From Eledone cirrhosa (taxonomy: Eukaryota), in the NCBI GenBank assembly GCA_964016885.1, contig OZ024742.1:337714001-337778000 (forward strand): a stretch of 64,000 bases of DNA, written 5' to 3'. Shown here one piece after another: positions 27,201 to 37,578 of the stretch. Made by a program: the position numbers and the translations under genes. How positions within the stretch are numbered: position 1 is the first letter of the stretch; every line of letters starts with the position of its first letter. The notes under the pieces are model-generated. The model had not been told where the DNA came from and did not search any database. It saw nothing but the letters and a program-made list of their open reading frames with translations.

Positions 27201-30200
27201 TGCTTAGGAACAAGTTCAATGTTGCCGTAGTCTATGAAGAACACTTCTACAATATTGTTGGTCAGTTCTCCTGAAATAAAACAAAACCAACAGTAATATT
27301 AGTAACAGAAATCTAAAGGCGTGCGGAGAGATTTCAAAATGTCAGGTCCCTTCCTGATAAAACCAACAGTAATATTTGTAACAGAAACTGAGTTGGATAA
27401 AAAATATGAAGATATCTTTTTACTGGTTTCAGTCATTAGTCTGTAGCCATGCTGGGGCAACACCTTAAAGTTGATCATAGCAACAACTAGTACTTATTTT
27501 TCTCATGTCTGGTACTTATTTTATCAATCTCTTTTTGTCAAATCACTAAGTTGCATGATATAAACAGAAATACTAACAAAGATGAACAAACACAACACAC
27601 ATCACCATCATCATTTAATGTCTATTTGTGACAACAATAATGACATATGTTCATGTCTTTCTTTTCATTATGTATGTGAAGGTGAGTGGCTTAGTTGTAA
27701 GAGTGTTTGGCTCATAATAGTAAGGCCTTGAGTTCAATTCCTGACAACACGCTGTTCCCTTGAGCAAGGTACTTTATTTCGCGTTGGTCCAGTTTGCTCA
27801 GCTGGCAAAAGTGAATTGTACCTGTAATTCAAAGGGACAGCCTGGTCACACATTATGTCACACTGAATCTTCCTGAGAACTACTTTAAGGGTACATATGT
27901 CTGTGGAATGCTCAGTCATTTGTATGTTAATTTCACCAGCAGATGGTCTTGCTGATCAACTGGAACACTTGTTGGAAGCAACAAAGGTCCAACACAAATA
28001 TATACATTATACAAACACATGCGCAAACATATATCAACAACATTTTATATCCATGTTCCATGCTAGTATGGGTTGGACAGGTTGTCACATTGTCTGACGA
28101 GACAGGTCAGATGACATCATGCTCATACATTCTAATATGGCAGAATTTCTAATGCATATATATATTATGTATAATATATATGTAGAAACCAAGCCAAAAT
28201 CAGTTCTGTATGAGCAAGACATGGTCACCTGACCTGGCCTATCTCACAACAAAACAACTCGCCTAATGGACGTTAAACAATGATGATGACAGGCTGTGAC
28301 AACCTGTCTATCCCATACCAGCATGGTAAGTATCTGTAACATAATGGTCTAAAGTGCAGAATGATGACAGTAGTGATGATGGTGAGTGGTAGTAGTGGTA
28401 GTGATGGTGGTAGCAGTGGTAATAGCAGCGGTGATGGAGGTGGTGGTGGTGGTGGTAGCAGTGGTAATAGCAGCAGTGGTGGTGGTGGTGGTGGTGGTAG
28501 TGGCAGTGATGGTAATAGCAGCAGTGATGGAGGTGGTGGTGGTGGTAATGAAAAAGATGACAAATTCATAGAAAGTAACTTACGGTTAACTTTGGCTCTG
28601 TACCAAGATTTATCCATGCTATACTGTGCAACGCAGGGTTGGCCTGGTGACACCAACATCAAAATCTCCTCTTCGGGTTGTAACTGGGAATAGTGCATAT
28701 GAATCTTGTCTGCAAGTTGTCCAAATGCTGGTGCATATCTGGTGCCTTGACAGTGGAAGTATTGTGGACTCGTGACATGAGTTATCATTACATTGAGAGA
28801 CGTACCAACTGGAAACTCAGGACTCTTAAAGCCATATGTGAACGAACCAGACCTGAAAATATAATGTTAAATAATAATATACATGCATGCACACGTGTGT
28901 GTTTGCCTTTCAGTGAAGTCAATAGCTTGGCAACTTCCCTAGAGCTGGTGCTACAAGAAAATGCACCCAGTACTCTGTAAAGTGGTAGTACCGACACCAT
29001 AATAAAATGCACCTTGTACAATCTGTAAAGTCGTAGTGCATCTTGCTGTAGAAACAATGCCAAAAATGAAATGTATAAACAAGACCTGTCTAGTCTTGGG
29101 CCGTGACAACCCATCCAACCCATGCTGACATCAAAAGCAGACATAACATTTGTAAATACCACAATGACCTGTATCTAAATACCACAATGACCTAAATCTA
29201 AATACCACAACGACCTGTATCTAAATACCACAACGACCTGTATCTAAATACCACAACGACCTATATCTAAATACCACAACGACCTATATCTAAATACCAC
29301 AACGACCTATATCTAAATACCAAAAGGACCAATATCTAGATACCAAAAGGACCAATATCTAGATACCAAAAGGACCAATATCTAGATACCAAAAGGACAT
29401 ATCCAAATACCACAAGGACCTATATCCAAATACCACAAGGACCTATATCTAAATACTGCAAGGATTTATAACTATATAACTCAAGGATTGTATGAGCAAG
29501 ATACGGTCATCTGATCTAGCTTTTCTCACAGCAAGACAACTCGTCTAACCCATGCTAATGTGGAAAAATGTCCATTAAACGGTGATGATGATCGATAACT
29601 AAATACAACAATGATTGATAACTAAATACTGCAAGGCAGTTTATCTGCTGCTCTAGTGATTTACAAAGAAACAAATGATAATTGTTTTTAACAAAGGTCC
29701 AAAGCCAGAAATTTGGGGGAAGAGAAGAGTTGAATAGATGCAGTACTTGACTGCTACTTCATTTTATTGACTCTGGAAAGATGAAAGGTAAAGTTGGCCA
29801 TGGCAGAATTTTAACTTGGAATATAAAGAACCATAAAGTACATCAAAGAATTTTCTCTGATGAACCAATGATTCACAATGAAACAAGTAATAATTGTTTC
29901 TACTTTTGGCACAAGGCCAGCAATTACCAAGTTCATTACTGGTACTTTATTTTATCGACCCGATAAGGATGAAAGGCAAAGTTAACCTCGACGGGATTTG
30001 AACTCAGACCGTAAAGGGACGTAACTATGCTGGAAAGCATGGCGTCCGACCCTCTACCGATACTGCCATGATTTTTAACATAGGCACAAGATTAAGGGAG
30101 GAGTAAGTCAATTATATCAACCCCAACACATAACTGGTACTCAATTTTATCAACCCTGAGAGGATAAAAGGTAAAGTTGACCGTAGCAGGAATGTAAAGA

Positions 30201-30614
30201 GCCAAAACAAATACTGCTACATATTTCTCCGACGCTCTAATGGTTCTGCTAATCTACTACCCTAAATGAAAGAAGCAATAATCGTTTCCGACTTAGGTAC
30301 AAAGCCAACAATTTTTTGGGGGGGAGAGGAAAGTCAATTAAATCGACCCCAGTGCATAACTGGTGCTTTATTTTACCGACCCTGACAAGATAGGAGGCAA
30401 AGCTAACCTTGACGGGATTTGAACTGAGAATGTAAAGGGTTGTATGCCACGAAGCATGTTGTCCAATGCTCTACCGATACTGGCAATCCACTGCCCTAAT
30501 GAAAGAAGTAATGATATAAGAGTCACTTACCGAGTTTTCACAGAAAGTTGAGATTTAGAATATCCCTCCCCCGGGGATATTACAGGCATCATAATGAAGC
30601 TGAAGTAGTTATGC
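8202..30614 (-). CDS. Multi-exon gene for a large multi-Tudor-domain protein (Tudor/TDRD6/TDRD15-like, piRNA/germ-granule scaffold type), about 2,800 aa with 10 extended Tudor domains; 5' end may lie further upstream
   Basis: Exons 30531-30614, 28584-28852, 23617-27270, 22050-23121, 18911-19000, 12981-15858, 11646-11811, 8286-8495 and 8202-8215 join in frame through GT-AG introns (phases 2,1,1,2,2,0,1,1). Repeated motifs of the form SPxxFW(C/V)Q...C(L/V)A(K/Q)(F/Y)xxDxxWYRA...V(L/R)FVDYGN...F..LP..A..C.L. Orthology cannot be assigned from sequence alone. Confidence 0.9.
8286..8495 (-). CDS. Tudor gene exon (end of the last extended Tudor domain)
   Basis: gtaagt donor; acceptor is either AAG (exon start 8495) or an in-frame CAG (start 8486); encodes ...YGVYLY...NLNDRLIDLGHA. 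Confidence 0.8.
8827..9190 (+). mobile_element. tRNA-derived CORE-type SINE
   Basis: Near-identical to 5425-5841, with A and B boxes. Confidence 0.85.
9995..10870. pseudogene. Decayed RTE (Expander-like) LINE fragment with inverted 5' part
   Basis: Minus 9995-10480 reads FADG..LL and VERFKYLGVIFTSNG; plus 10480-10870 continues IAGASAIM...FVPTVTYGHES. Confidence 0.7.
10905..11280 (-). mobile_element. Tandem copies of a second tRNA-SINE family (Meta-domain-like body)
   Basis: Minus strand has B box GAGTTCAAATC(C) followed by GCCTTTCATCCTTACGGGGTCGATAAAATAAAGTACCAG. Confidence 0.75.
11646..11811 (-). CDS. Tudor gene exon (C-terminal half of Tudor 10)
   Basis: tttcag acceptor, gtaact donor; VLFVDIG...PPAMSIHCYL. 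Confidence 0.85.
12661..12875. mobile_element. Older TTAA-type MITE; relics also near 560-800 and 1660-1830
   Basis: ttaaccctttcgatacc...ggtatcaaaagc; internal gagatttagtaata...attattaag shared with the relics. Confidence 0.55.
12981..15858 (-). CDS. Tudor gene large exon (Tudor 9, acidic Ser/Thr repeat region, start of Tudor 10)
   Basis: ORF 12897-15908 trimmed to the atttgtag acceptor and gtaagc donor; PCLAKYSEDGVLYRAEIV...IFCDYGN. Confidence 0.9.
13890..15010 (-). repeat. Coding minisatellite: about 30 copies of a 30-bp unit (SPDSESTTVV) plus 4-5 copies of a 45-bp unit (SPDSESATLVSPDI[V/L])
   Basis: Unit ctgtctggagacacaactgtagttgattca is directly visible at 30-bp period inside the Tudor exon. 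Confidence 0.97.
15955..16740 (+). pseudogene. Decayed RTE LINE 3' fragment (PHD-RT family)
   Basis: Similarity to 52600-53420 (KKGLGRNS; LEVVDTFYYLGD; LCWYGHV remnants). Confidence 0.7.
16843..17018. mobile_element. piggyBac-type MITE, decayed copy
   Basis: ttaacccattaacatttac...gggttaa; internal similarity to 19581-19809. Confidence 0.65.
18289..18640. mobile_element. MITE, inverted copy of 7763-8107
   Basis: tactcttgggccc...gacccgagagta. Confidence 0.7.
18645..18868 (+). mobile_element. 5'-truncated CORE-type SINE
   Basis: Matches the 3' half of 48081-48424. Confidence 0.8.
18911..19000 (-). CDS. Tudor gene 90-bp exon (WTGQMKVKECKEENLYVVSLLHAEVSTSYCR), absent from the ORF track
   Basis: ctctctttag acceptor, gtgagt donor, phase 2/2 matches both neighbours, open frame. 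Confidence 0.8.
19100..20010 (+). pseudogene. Decayed RTE LINE 3' fragment interrupted by a TTAA MITE (19581-19809), with a short about 30-bp tandem repeat at 19808-19905
   Basis: Reads ...TVESVLLYGCERWTLT and LAGHC; MITE ends taaatgctaaagggttaa. Confidence 0.65.
21087..21124 (+). ncRNA. Minimal type I hammerhead-like motif (G8>A variant) in a short orphan PLE-like end
   Basis: GCAT-CTGAAAA-G-AGGG ttatag CCCT-GAAA-TA-TC-GTGC. Confidence 0.55.
22050..23121 (-). CDS. Tudor gene exon (Tudor domains 7 and 8)
   Basis: ttttcag acceptor, gtaagt donor; TPENFWCQ...FYRGKV...LVDFGN. Confidence 0.9.
23617..27270 (-). CDS. Tudor gene large exon (3,654 bp; rest of Tudor 1 through Tudor 6)
   Basis: ORF 23567-27244 extended to the tttcag acceptor at 27271; gtaagt donor at 23616; repeated WYRA and DYGN/DFGN motifs. 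Confidence 0.93.
27678..27960 (+). mobile_element. CORE-type tRNA-SINE with a different 3' body
   Basis: TGGCTTAGTTG, GAGTTCAATTCC, CCTTGAGCAAGGTACTTTATTTC. Confidence 0.7.
28584..28852 (-). CDS. Tudor gene exon (N-terminal half of Tudor domain 1)
   Basis: ttttcag acceptor, gtaagt donor; encodes VMITHVTSPQYFHCQ...PCVAQYSMDKSWYRAKV. Confidence 0.9.
29153..29460. repeat. Intronic 23-bp minisatellite (about 13 copies)
   Basis: Unit ctaaataccacaacgacct(g/a)tat with polarised variants. Confidence 0.92.
29680..30498 (-). mobile_element. Cluster of 3-4 tandem Meta-domain-like tRNA-SINE copies
   Basis: Repeated ttttatcgacccc...gatgaaaggcaaagttaacctc...gatttgaactcaga. Confidence 0.75.
30531..30614 (-). 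CDS. Tudor gene exon, most 5' exon found (HNYFSFIMMPVISPGEGYSKSQLSVKTR; contains a possible ATG ATG start)
   Basis: tttcag acceptor and gtaagt donor; only one of three frames is open; phase-2 end CG|G matches the next exon. Confidence 0.72.
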
Positions 30615-31182
30615 CTGAAATGTAAACAAAATAACATTTAATAGGGCTTCAATATTACTTAAGAGGTACAACAACAAATTTAAGGCAATTTCTCTGCTAA
30701 AACTGAGATTAGCCTTGTAGGGTCCCATAATAGGCACCATACTCATCATGGAGTTCTTTTTGTGGCAATGTTTTACAGCTGGATACTTTTCCTGCCACCA
30801 ATCCTTTTAGTTCCCTTTTATAACATATAAGGATACAGTGTACATATTATATACTGGATACCATAGAGATATTGTTACAATAAATTTTAGCATTTATTTT
30901 CTTAAGATAAAAGTATCAAGAGAGAAGATATAGATTTGTTTCATACCAGAATATGGCTTCTTTGGGCATTGGAAAGAAAATATATCATCAGTTTAATAAA
31001 TTGTCACATCTTTTTAGCTTCTTTATTCTTATCACTAGAAATCCAATTAAAGAATGTATTCTCTTTGTTTAAACAGGTATGAAGTTCACTTCAGATGTGG
31101 TTGTAGGTTCCCACTATAGTGGTAGGCAGAAACTCTAACAAAACCCCTTGCATCGGTGTGTGTGTCTGTATGTTTATGTGTA

Positions 31183-31299
31183 TATATATATATCATCATC
31201 ATCTTCGTTTAACGTCCATCTTCCACGCTAACATGGGTTAGACGGGAGTTGTCCCACTTGAGGCAAGGTTGGTCGGGTGACCGTGTCTCGCTCATATAG

Positions 31300-31349
<50 letters not shown>

Positions 31350-31466
31350 CTATATGAGCGAGACACGGTCACCCGACCAACCTTGCCTCAAGTGGGACAA
31401 CTCCCGTCTAACCCATGTTAGCGTGGAAGATGGACGTTAAACGAAGATGATGATGATATATATATA
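31183..31466. repeat. Perfect 284-bp palindrome centred on (TA)22
   Basis: 31183-31302 is the exact reverse complement of 31347-31466 (checked base by base). Confidence 0.97.
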
Positions 31467-33480
31467 CCACCTCGTGAAAACACACAAACAGGGACCCGAA
31501 CTGAAAATCAGGCCCATCGTATCGAGCGTGGAGGGACCACTCTACAAAATTTCATGGCTCCTAGCCAGAATACTCAAACCCATCTTAGACACCTTGCCGG
31601 GACACGTTAACAGCTCCGAGGAGGTGTTGGAGCGCCTGCATCAAATGGATCCCGACACCAGAAGGAATAACAGATATGCCTTCAGCCTTGATGTAGTCGC
31701 TCTCTACACCTCGGTCCCGGCACTCCCGGCCGTCAATATACTAATGGAACGCGTCCAATCCACCGACCTACACTGCTTCGGGCTCACCACCACTTACATC
31801 CACCAACTCCTATCCATCGTCGTCGACAACACCTACTTCGGATTCCTTGACCAAATATACCAACAAACCTCGGGATTGCCCATGGGATCAAGCCTATCAG
31901 GTGTGCTAGCGATCTCCTACATGGACAACCTCGAACGCAAGGCACTCAACGCCTGCCACCCCAACGGCGTAGCCTTTTTCTCAAGATACGTGGACGATAT
32001 CATCATCCTCACATCTTCCCAAGACACGTCGAACAGAATCTATGAGACGTTCAACAACACGGACGAGAACATTGACTTCAGTGTTGAACACCCCAACGAA
32101 GACGGGTCACTTGCCCTCCTCGACTTCCAAATCAACATCACGGAACAAGGAGGGATGCACTGCAACTTCTACCGAAAGGCAGCCTGCAGGGACCTATTCG
32201 TTCACTACAAGTCCGCCCTCCCTAACAGTGCCAAAAGAGGATACATCACGAACGAGATCGCGCGAATCAAAAACAGATGCAGCGATCCCGCGAGTGGTGT
32301 CACTCATACCAAGCGATTCCTCGAGGTGCTGGAGACGATCACAGACAGAATAGGAGACACCAGACGCAAGAGACAGAGAAGCACCCAAGGCAAGTGCTTC
32401 CTTAAAATGCCACACCTGGGCGAGAAAACCACCAACGCTATCCGCAAGGCTATACGGAGGAAGGGCCTCGACATCCACCTGGCCCACTCGGGGCCCCTCC
32501 CTGCGAAGATGCCTCTCCAGGAAACCCGAAAAATCTACTGACGCATGCTCCCTCAGAGACTGCCCGATACGCCATGCTAACTGTTGCCTACGCACATACG
32601 TCGTGTATAAGATAGAATGTGACAGGTGCAACCAATACTACATAGGTAGCACAATTCGACCTTTGCACATCCGGATCAAGGAACACACTAAAACCAGGGC
32701 CTCGTCTTTCCGGAAACACATAGACAAATGCGGAAACAAAGACGGAAGGCCCATTGTCACAATTCTAGCGACTGAAAGAAACGTTGGCACGTTACGTATC
32801 AAGGAAGCGCTTTTTATCAAACGACTGCAACCGCAAATAAACAACCGATCAGAGAGAAGCGAAATGAAATGGCTGGTTTAAGTTAACAAGCGATGCAACA
32901 ACACACAACACACGCACGCAAACGAGACAACTACACACACCCACACACAGTAGCATTCCACCATACGAACATACTACACTGCCAATACAGATGAACAAGG
33001 CAACAACACACACACACAGTAACATTTAACAAACAGGCAGAGAATGGACTGACAGCTAGCGCCATCCCACTCCCTCATTCGGCCGCTGACCTCTGTACGA
33101 CCGTCCCATTTCACGCGCACGCGCGCTCTGCCGAATACCTCAGATATTCAAAACAACAAACAGCGAAAGACGCGTTCCGGGCTTGTCCGACAGACAACCT
33201 TTTCCCCCACCCCGGAAAAAACCCCAGTTGATGGATGTGAATCCGAAATATATAGGGACTATTAAATCTCTCCCAAGGTAACTCTCTCTTGTGTTGTTAT
33301 TTTTATTTTAACCTTTATACTCTTCCCTCATTCTACACATCTCACGCATCTTATACACACCACGCATCTCAACGTACACCCAATTACATCTTTCTCTCCA
33401 CCACCGGACCTTGTTACCCGGAGATTTACCCATTTGCATTGTCGAGGCTTCCAAACGACTTAAAGATATATATATATATA
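31465..33480 (+). mobile_element. 5'-truncated Penelope-like retroelement (RT plus C-terminal GIY-YIG endonuclease), frameshifted near 32500
   Basis: YHLVKTHK, RPIVS, SLDVVALYTSVP, GLPMGSSLS, RYVDDI, FYRK; VYKIECDRCNQYYIGST..LHIRIKEH...EALFIKRLQPQIN. Confidence 0.92.
33222..33257 (+). ncRNA. Variant minimal hammerhead-like motif in the PLE 3' region
   Basis: CCC-CAGTTGA-T-GGAT gtga ATCC-GAAA-TATA-TA-GGG; two core substitutions relative to CUGANGA. Confidence 0.6.
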
Positions 33481-35449
33481 GCAAAGTGATAGTAATGGTG
33501 CCACGATAAAATGCACCCAACCCACACTGTAAAGTGGAAGTTCCAAAGTCACAATAAAATGCACCCAGTAAATACTATAAAGTGTTTGCTGTTAGGAAGA
33601 ACACCCTACCATAGAAATCATGCCAAACTGGAAAGTATGAACAAGATGTAGCCATCCAACCTGTCCAGCCTGCCCTATCTATGCCAGCATGGAAAACCAG
33701 TCTATGATGATGATTATGTGTGTGTGTGTGTGTGTGTGTACATGAGTTTGTGTATGTACGTCAGTCACTGCAAAAATCATTGATACTGTTTATAAATGCC
33801 AGTAGTGACACAGTTTATACCCCCCCCCCACCACAAACAAAGCAGTGGTGCAATGAATATCAATGTTATATGCCACACTTAGAATAAAGTATGGGTTGAT
33901 GTCAGGAAGGGTATTTCCTATAATAGCTTCATGTTTCCAAAATAAAGACAATGCTTGAATCACTTGTTCCAACATGTCACTATAGCATTGCAAATCAAAA
34001 CAATGTCCCATCTAATTATGAACACCCAAAATGGATTATGTATAAAAAAGAAAGAAAACAAATGTGATATTTATAATGTGAGTGTGTATATGTGTGTTTT
34101 AAACAAATGTTTCTTTTCTATAATTTAACACATGGCATTTATAAAATGTTCTGTCTTATATAATGTGTTGAATCTGTCCACTTGTCCCACAAGATGTTAA
34201 AGTTTAGTAATTCTATGTAGTTATTAGAAGTTGTCATTGAGATAAGCTGACAGCACTATCAGACAACACAATTGTCTATATCTCCTCTCTCTATTCCTAT
34301 CCTTGTAGACCAAGCTGTCTGTCAAAATTTCTTGCACCCACTTTGTCTCCTCGCTGTTCAAAACATTAATTTTGAATGGCCTGCCTCAAGTATAGCAGTA
34401 AAATATCTCATCATCATTGTCATTTTAACATCCACTTTCCCAGCTAGCAAGTCTACATAGACCAAGTCAGTACTGAAGCGGAGCCACTGATCTTCCAGGC
34501 AAGCCAGGGATCTGTGTCTAGCTTTATTTACGGCCAATGCTCCACTCAGTGCACAGGAAAGGTCGTCATGTCTTTGGCACAACCCTTTTGTTTGGCAAGA
34601 TTTCCATGGTTGGATGCCCTTCCTATCACCAACCACTTTAGTATAACTTCAAAGATGTACATCTTTCTACAATTTCACTGCAGAGAGAAGATTGAGCAGC
34701 CTTGACTCTTGATGTTTAGTAATGGAAATCAATGTGATGCAATTTTATCATATTATGAAAACTGTTGATAATATTGGAGCCTCTTAAGCTCTTTGGAGAT
34801 TGTTTCAATTTCCAAATCAACAAATACATCCAGCCATTGAATGTTTGCCAATACCCAGCAAGCAAATCATGTTTGATCCAAATCATACACAGAAGGTGCT
34901 TAAATGTAACCATCCAACAAAACTGAGTTTATTTTAAGAAAAATTAAGTGTAGCTCCAAGCATAAAAAAAACTTTATAGTGATTTTCTGCAATATTACAC
35001 TTGGCATAATATATGTAAATCATTGTAAAGAGATTCCAGAATTGATTGGCAGAATTTATACACAGCATCCTGTGAAGGAACAACTATTTTACCATAGGTT
35101 ATTATTTTACCATAACACAGGAGCTACAGGTTTAACCATGTTTCCTGCCAACAATATAAGGCTGTCAAGGTATTAAGCACACATAAATGACAAATCTTTC
35201 AGATAATAATAAAAAATGGAAGCAATGCTTGAATAAAGCCAGAACTGAATATTCTGGTTCAGAAGATTTCCTGATGATTACATTTATGAAAGAAGATAAG
35301 AAAATATTAACGATATAAACCAGATTTAGAGAATGTAGCATGGGTTGAGGCATACAACTAGTATGCACCACTTTATCCTCCATACCTCACTCATGTCATA
35401 ACACTCCATCGATGTTCTAACACCCTCAGCCATGCCCCTAGATCTACCA

Positions 35450-36290
35450 CTCCAATCCCCACACAAGTCCCCAGTCCTCACTGTAAAGTGGTCGTGTAGC
35501 TGTCATGACAAAAAGCGTCCACTCCACACTGTAGTGGTCAGCACACAACTTGATGCCTCTGTTGTTACTTCTCTCTAGAGAATTTGCTTTGCCCTTGTAG
35601 CAATTTACAATTACATTGCTGCACCAGTCATTGGGTATGACCCCTTCCTGTACTACTTAATTAGCTATGTACCTGACTATGCTACCAAAGCTGTTAGCAT
35701 CTCAGCGGCTATAGCAGATGGTCCAGCTGCCTTCCCTTCATGACTTTAATTGCTGTATCTACCACACTGTAGTCAACTTTTATAGCTGGTCCCCGAGTTG
35801 AGTCTGCATGGGGTAGGCCATCGCTGTCCCATTTATTTTCTTCAGCAACCCCTCATTGTAAGTTTTCCATGCTTATTTCTTTTTGGCATTAAATAGGGAA
35901 AGTGTTCCACTATGATTTTGAATGCACTTTTCCCCAACCACATCCCAATTTTCTTTAGCACACAGTCTCACAATCCGTAACACTTCATGCCTTTCATCTT
36001 CATGACACGGAACATGTGTAAACTTCTTTTCTGCCCCTGCCAGGTATACCTGGTACCTGGCTTCTCTTCTAGATATTTGGTCTTGCTTTCTCCTGGCTTG
36101 TCTTTTTGTTTTCATGGCTCTATCTACCTTATCATTCCAACACCACATCACCCTCCATTTTGCAGGTCTGGTTTGTGGTTTCCAGCATAGGAAACCCCAG
36201 TTTTCCTCTGTTATATGTCTTCATCTCCACATGTATTAGGCATCAAGTAGAATTTCTCTGAATTTGTTACCTGCAGCAGGTTCTCTTTTC
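35450..36290 (-). pseudogene. Decayed RTE LINE internal fragment
   Basis: WCWNDKVDRAMK...ENWDVVGEKCI, typical of the RTE linker upstream of the RT. Confidence 0.65.
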
Positions 36291-36465
36291 TCCATATACA
36301 TATACACATGTAAATATGTCTGTCTTTAATGTATTCGAAGTATCAGTGATCCACAGAAGACAGTCGATGAGCAGGAATTGCTCTTGTGTTTCTCTCACGT
36401 TTTCTAAATACTATCTATCTATATATATATATATATACCTATACACATACATATATACACATATC

Positions 36466-36519
<54 letters not shown>

Positions 36520-36534
36520 CATACATATATATAT

Positions 36535-36970
36535 GGTGGCTGCCCCCTCGTTATCGAGTATGGCCATTGCACGATATGCCATTATTAATAAATTCTATCG
36601 TGCAATGCGTGAAGATATTTTTTAAAGTGAGGAAAGACTGTGCACTGAGCCAATCCCACTCTCTAAGCGACAGTAGATATAACACGAAAAGAAGAAAAGA
36701 TCAGCATCATCGGTAACTACTGAGCCACATGTTTTATATCGGAGTTATCCAAGTTTCCTGAGTTGCCCTCTCCTAGAAGAATGCCTTGACAAAGGCTAGG
36801 GGTCCTTTACTCAGTGGTTTAACCGCACTATCGGGTGTCCAGCCCGACTATTTCTATGTCCTCGTGCATGTACATGTGTATGTACATATTTACACACGTT
36901 TGGATGGCCGTTGACTCTTATGAGTTCTTCCGCCCATTGTCCTGCAGGGTGTCCAAAATCACCCTCCTCA
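36535..36970 (-). mobile_element. Bipartite non-autonomous RTE-derived element (diverged copy)
   Basis: agcctttgtcaaggcattcttctaggagaggg plus terminal ggccatactcgataacgagggggcagccacca. Confidence 0.65.
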
Positions 36971-37158
36971 CACATATACATACATACACATATATACATA
37001 CATACACACATATACATACATACACACATATACATACATACACATATATACATACATACACATATATACATACATACACACATACATACATACATACACA
37101 TATACATACATACACATACACACATATACATACATATATACACATATACATACGTATA

Positions 37159-37463
37159 TCATCATCATCATCATTTAACGTTCGCTTTTCCCTGCTTGCA
37201 AGGGTGGGACGGGAACAGATTCTGGCTTGATTTCTACAGCTGGATGCCCTTCCTAACACCATCCTCATTAGTGAGTGCTGGGTGCTTTGCAGTGGAATGA
37301 TATGGACTCCAGTCCCTATCATCTCATTTCTACAGCTGAGTAAACTGGAGCAATGTGAAATAAAGTGTCTTGCTCAAGGAAACAACACATCACCCGGTCT
37401 GAGAATTGAACTCACAACCTTTCGATTGCAAGCCCAATGCTCTAACCACTAAGCCATGTGCCT

Positions 37464-37465
<2 letters not shown>
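37159..37465 (-). mobile_element. CORE-type tRNA-SINE
   Basis: Reverse complement of the 5425 family, with A/B boxes and (GAT)n tail. Confidence 0.85.
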
Positions 37466-37530
<65 letters not shown>

Positions 37531-37578
37531 TATATTTATATATACACATACACATATTTATACATATACATACATATA

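Noticed and set aside
28360-28550. Gly/Ser- or Pro/Leu-rich ORFs
   Set aside because: Intronic (GGT)n-type repeat downstream of the splice donor at 28583
29153-29460. Possible CRISPR array
   Set aside because: Contiguous tandem units with no unique spacers, no cas genes, and an animal intron context
34700-35390. Possible Gypsy RT relic (KHDLLAGYWQ on the minus strand) or upstream Tudor exons
   Set aside because: Only one short motif, no continuous frame and no convincing splice sites; a translated HMM search would be needed
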